In this document: positions 60,736-64,000 of the stretch, in pieces
Layout of the letters: each line of letters opens with the position of its first letter
Position numbering within the stretch: the first letter of the stretch is position 1
NCBI GenBank assembly: GCA_019247605.1
Contig: JAFBAS010000048.1
Coordinates: 2,843-66,842, forward strand
From: Hyphomicrobiales bacterium
GTDB taxonomy: Bacteria > Pseudomonadota > Alphaproteobacteria > Rhizobiales > Beijerinckiaceae
DNA: 64,000 nucleotides
Reading direction: 5' to 3'
The notes under the pieces: model-generated
The model's input: only the letters and a program-made list of their open reading frames with translations
Told to the model about the DNA's origin: nothing
Databases searched by the model: none
Program-made: the position numbers and the translations under genes

Positions 60736-61599
60736 TCAAGCAAGGCCGTCTATCATCTCGAGCGCGGCGCGGGCGAGGAGCCCATCGCGTTCGGCCAAGG
60801 TCATGCTGATCTCGAAGTGGTTGAGGCCTGGCGCGATGAGCAACTCGTCAAGCCGGCCCACTGAGGCGAGCGCTTGGGCAAAACTCTTCGCCTGGCGCTG
60901 GAATTCGGGGCTTTCGCGCTCGCCGTAAGCGATCTTGAGTGGGCAGGAGAGGTTGCGCACATGATGGAGGGGGCTGAGCGCCTCAACCTCGGCATCGTCG
61001 AGCTTCAGATAGCTTCCACGGTGGCTGAGCATCACCGGCTCGAGGTCGTAGGAGCCGCTCGCACAAAGCGCGCCACGCACGACCGCGTCGCCATTGCCGC
61101 CCAGCGCGGCCGAGGGCTCTGTCAGCGCCGCGGCGACGAGATGGGCACCCGAGGAATGGCCGAGCATGAAGAGCCTTTGCGGGTCGACCCCGAAGTTCTC
61201 GGCGTGCCTATGCACGAAGGCTGTGGCTCGGCGCACCTGTGCCACCATCTCGGGCAAGCGCACGTGCGGGATACAGGCAAAATTGATCGCAACGAAATGC
61301 ACGCCCGCCTCGACGAAGACTTCGGCGGCGAAAGCCGATTCATCCTTGGTGAGAAGTGTCCAGGCCCCCCCATGCACGAAGACGCAGATCGGTGCTTTCG
61401 GCCGGTCGGTCGGAAAGAAGTCGAGCACCTCGGCCGCGCTCTCGCCATAGGAAACGTTTGCTCGATGGCTCAGGCGCTCGCGCACAGCCGCGCTTTTCGT
61501 GCCGTAGCCGCGGATGATCTCTTCGGCATTCGGCGCCCAGGCGGTTTGCGTGTAAGCGCGATCGAGCTCGGCCTGGTCGTAATCGAGAAAGACGTTCAT
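60736..61599 (-). CDS. Alpha/beta hydrolase (arylformamidase/HSL-like)
   Basis: FVHGGAW, GHSSGAHL (GxSxG), SGSYDL, LSPLHH, LNHF. Confidence 0.88.
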   Translation of the reverse strand: MNVFLDYDQAELDRAYTQTAWAPNAEEIIRGYGTKSAAVRERLSHRANVSYGESAAEVLDFFPTDRPKAPICVFVHGGAWTLLTKDESAFAAEVFVEAGVHFVAINFACIPHVRLPEMVAQVRRATAFVHRHAENFGVDPQRLFMLGHSSGAHLVAAALTEPSAALGGNGDAVVRGALCASGSYDLEPVMLSHRGSYLKLDDAEVEALSPLHHVRNLSCPLKIAYGERESPEFQRQAKSFAQALASVGRLDELLIAPGLNHFEISMTLAERDGLLARAALEMIDGLA

Positions 61600-61652
61600 G
61601 ACTTCGACGACGCAGGCGGCACTGCCGAGCGCCGCCCGTCCTACCGCTTCGC

Positions 61653-61979
61653 CTATTTGACCGACGAGAAGGCGGTCGGCTGCAAAATGAGATTGCTCAG
61701 CGAATTGAGAATCGGTCCATCCTTCTCGGTCTCGGCACGTTTCGTGATCCACTCGGGATCGTTCTGGAAGGCGGTCCACTTCTTCTCGCGCTCCGCGAGC
61801 GATTCCCATTCAAGGAGATAATAGAGGTCATTGTTGGAATCGCCGACCGCGACGGTCCAAAAGCCCGCCTGGCGGATGCCGTGCCTTTCCCAAATCTTGA
61901 GCGTGATGGTCTCGAACCGTTTGAGCAGCGCCGGCAAGCGCCCCGGCGCGCAATGATAGACTCGAAGTTCGTGGATCAT
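61653..61979 (-). CDS. NIPSNAP family protein
   Basis: MIHELRVYHC.PG, LYYLLEWESLAERE..W.AF..DPEW, LQPTAFS. Confidence 0.92.
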   Translation of the reverse strand: MIHELRVYHCAPGRLPALLKRFETITLKIWERHGIRQAGFWTVAVGDSNNDLYYLLEWESLAEREKKWTAFQNDPEWITKRAETEKDGPILNSLSNLILQPTAFSSVK

Positions 61980-62064
61980 CCTTTGAGCTCCTGTATCGGT
62001 CCGCGGCATGCGGCGGAGCTCGTCTCATACGAGATGCGACGCCAAACGTCACGCCTCATCGCCT

Positions 62065-63072
62065 CTAACCGCGAGCTTCCGCCATCGCCTGAGCTGTCAA
62101 GGCGAGCTCCATCGCCTTGAAGCAGCGCGCTTGCGGCATCGCCGTCTCGGTGCGCTCACGGATATCGGCCAAGAGCTGGCGTCCGTAAGGTAGCTCGACA
62201 TCGGCGCAATCGACGCGGCGCACGCCCTGGCGATCGATCAGAAAGAGATGGTCGCCTCCGGGCCTGCCGTCGATATCCACATATTTGCGCAGTTCGAGCG
62301 TGCCTTCGGTCCCGAGAATGACGAGCCGTCCATCACCCCAGACCGGAAGGCCGTCGGGCGTGAACCAGTCGACGCGTGCATATCCCGTCACCTCACCCGC
62401 ACGCATGAGAATCTCGCCGAAATCCTGAAGCTCGGCTTCTTGCGGGTTGCCCCGATTGGCGACGCTCGCCGCGACCACCTCGCCGTCGAGCGCATCGGCG
62501 AAAAACAGGAATTGCTCGCATTGATGGGAGGCGATGTCGGCGAGGATGCCGCCCGTCTTGTGCCGCTCGTAAAACCAGCGCGGACGAGGCAAGTTCTTGA
62601 GCTTGTGGGGACCAAGCCCGTTCGTGTTCACAACCTTGCCGATGGCGCCCGCTGCCACGAGCTCGCCCGCCTTCACGGTCGAGCGCGTCTCGAAGTGCTC
62701 GGAATAGCATACGGAGTAGATGCGCCTCGTCTGCGCCTGCACGCGGCGCACCTCGGTGAGCTGCTCGAGCGAGGTCATGCCGGGCTTGTCGGTCATGTAA
62801 TCCTTGCCGTGAAGCATCACCTCGATGCCGAGCGGGCCGCGATCGCAAGGAACGGCGGCGCTCACGATCATCGCGATGCTTTCATCCTCGAGGAGGCGTC
62901 GCCGGTCAGTTAAGCGCGGCGCCTGCGGATAGCGTTCGCCAAATTGCTTTGCGAGATCATCTTCCGGTGCATGAAAGCCCACGAGCTTCGCCCCGGCGCC
63001 AAGGAGGCAGTCCACCTGACCGTAAATATGCGCGTGGTTGATACCGATCACCGCGAAGCGGGTTTCTGCCAT
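62065..63072 (-). CDS. Gfo/Idh/MocA family oxidoreductase
   Basis: FAVIGINHAHIYGQ, DYMTDKPG, GGILADIASH, WFTPDGLPVWGDGR. Confidence 0.9.
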   Translation of the reverse strand: MAETRFAVIGINHAHIYGQVDCLLGAGAKLVGFHAPEDDLAKQFGERYPQAPRLTDRRRLLEDESIAMIVSAAVPCDRGPLGIEVMLHGKDYMTDKPGMTSLEQLTEVRRVQAQTRRIYSVCYSEHFETRSTVKAGELVAAGAIGKVVNTNGLGPHKLKNLPRPRWFYERHKTGGILADIASHQCEQFLFFADALDGEVVAASVANRGNPQEAELQDFGEILMRAGEVTGYARVDWFTPDGLPVWGDGRLVILGTEGTLELRKYVDIDGRPGGDHLFLIDRQGVRRVDCADVELPYGRQLLADIRERTETAMPQARCFKAMELALTAQAMAEARG

Positions 63073-63244
63073 GGCTGCCCTCACGAAGAGTTTCGCGACA
63101 AGCTGGATTGCCGACGTGAAAGCTGTCAAGAATGTGGGCGCGAGACAGTTTGGCGAAGCCCCGTTCACCGGGCGCCAATCCCATGATGAGTGCCTGATGA
63201 CGGTCGAACCTCGACGCATCGCCGGCCCTTTCGCTCGGGCGGGC

Positions 63245-64000
63245 ATGAGCGCCCGGCGGCGCAGCGAGCGAGCCGAGCTCTGGCGGTATATCGGCTGGCG
63301 GCTCATCCAGCTCGTGATCGTGTTGATCGGGGTGAGCATCGTCGTGTTCTTCACCATGCATGTTTTGCCAGGTGATGTGGCGATGCTCTTGCTCGGGGAT
63401 CGCGGCACGGCCGAGCAATTGGCCAAGCTTCGGCTTCAACTCGGTCTCGATCAGCCGATCATCGTCCAATATCTGCGCTTCGTCCTTGCAGCCTGGCATG
63501 GCGATTTCGGCAGTTCGCTCACGAGCAATCGCGCCGCCTTCACGGATGTGAGCACGGCCTTTCCGGTCACCTTGCAGCTTACGGTCGCGGCGCTCACGCT
63601 TGCCACCCTCGTCGGCGTGCCGACCGGCGTGCTCGCGTCATTGAGGCCCGGGCGCACCTTCGACAACCTGGCGATGACTTTCACGCTCTTCGGCGTCTCC
63701 ATGCCGATCTTCTGGCTCGGGTTGATGCTCCTCCTTCTCTTCGGTGCGACGCTCGATTGGCTGCCGATCGGTGGGCTATTCGCAGTCGGCATGGACGCGC
63801 CGCGTGTCACCGGCATGAGTCTCATCGATGCCGCGCTCACCGGCAGCCCTTCCCTATTCTGGGACGCGCTGCGCCATCTCATCCTGCCCGCTTGCACGCT
63901 CGCGACCGTGCCGCTTGCCTTCATCGCTCGCATCACGCGCGCCGAGATGATGGCAACCACGACGCAGGACCATGTGCGCACGGCGCGCGCCAAGGGGCTT
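63245..64000 (+). CDS. Peptide ABC permease (DppB-like), truncated by the window end
   Basis: MSARRRSERAELWRYIGWRLIQLVIV...VLPGD...LGLDQP...FPVTLQL...ARITRAEM...TARAKG; missed by the ORF track because it has no stop. Confidence 0.9.
   Translation, partial: MSARRRSERAELWRYIGWRLIQLVIVLIGVSIVVFFTMHVLPGDVAMLLLGDRGTAEQLAKLRLQLGLDQPIIVQYLRFVLAAWHGDFGSSLTSNRAAFTDVSTAFPVTLQLTVAALTLATLVGVPTGVLASLRPGRTFDNLAMTFTLFGVSMPIFWLGLMLLLLFGATLDWLPIGGLFAVGMDAPRVTGMSLIDAALTGSPSLFWDALRHLILPACTLATVPLAFIARITRAEMMATTTQDHVRTARAKGL

Overview
64-kb, GC-rich chromosomal window from an alphaproteobacterium (Hyphomicrobiales-like gene content and REP-type repeats). It has about 55 genes, mostly metabolic and transport: FAA hydrolase, cyclase, AKR, OYE, RND/MFP, SDR, NitT-type ABC, ppk1-ppx, type III PKS + methyltransferase, hbd-etfAB, PduO, PagL-like protein, rppH, a ThDP enzyme, an MFS transporter, a flavin monooxygenase, a DMFase-like enzyme with a peptide ABC system and GGT, ndufA12-DUF2155, a porin, aapJQM-amidase and a Gfo/Idh/MocA oxidoreductase. 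I found no rRNA, tRNA, CRISPR array or transposase. Most interesting observations: (1) a visibly AT-richer patch at about 50.2-52.6 kb with an apparently stand-alone APAZ domain (the partner module of short prokaryotic Argonautes) that has no effector domain and no Argonaute in the window, next to a coiled-coil + HARE-HTH-like protein with an upstream operator array; (2) a single ORF fusing a class III CoA-transferase/AMACR-like enzyme to a MOFRL glycerate kinase; (3) a DMFase large-subunit homologue with no small-subunit gene; (4) a 6 x 18-bp in-frame VNTR in ppk1; (5) a decayed toxin-antitoxin relic; (6) a secreted Gly/Cys-rich mini-protein. All family assignments come from motif recognition by eye, not from database searches.
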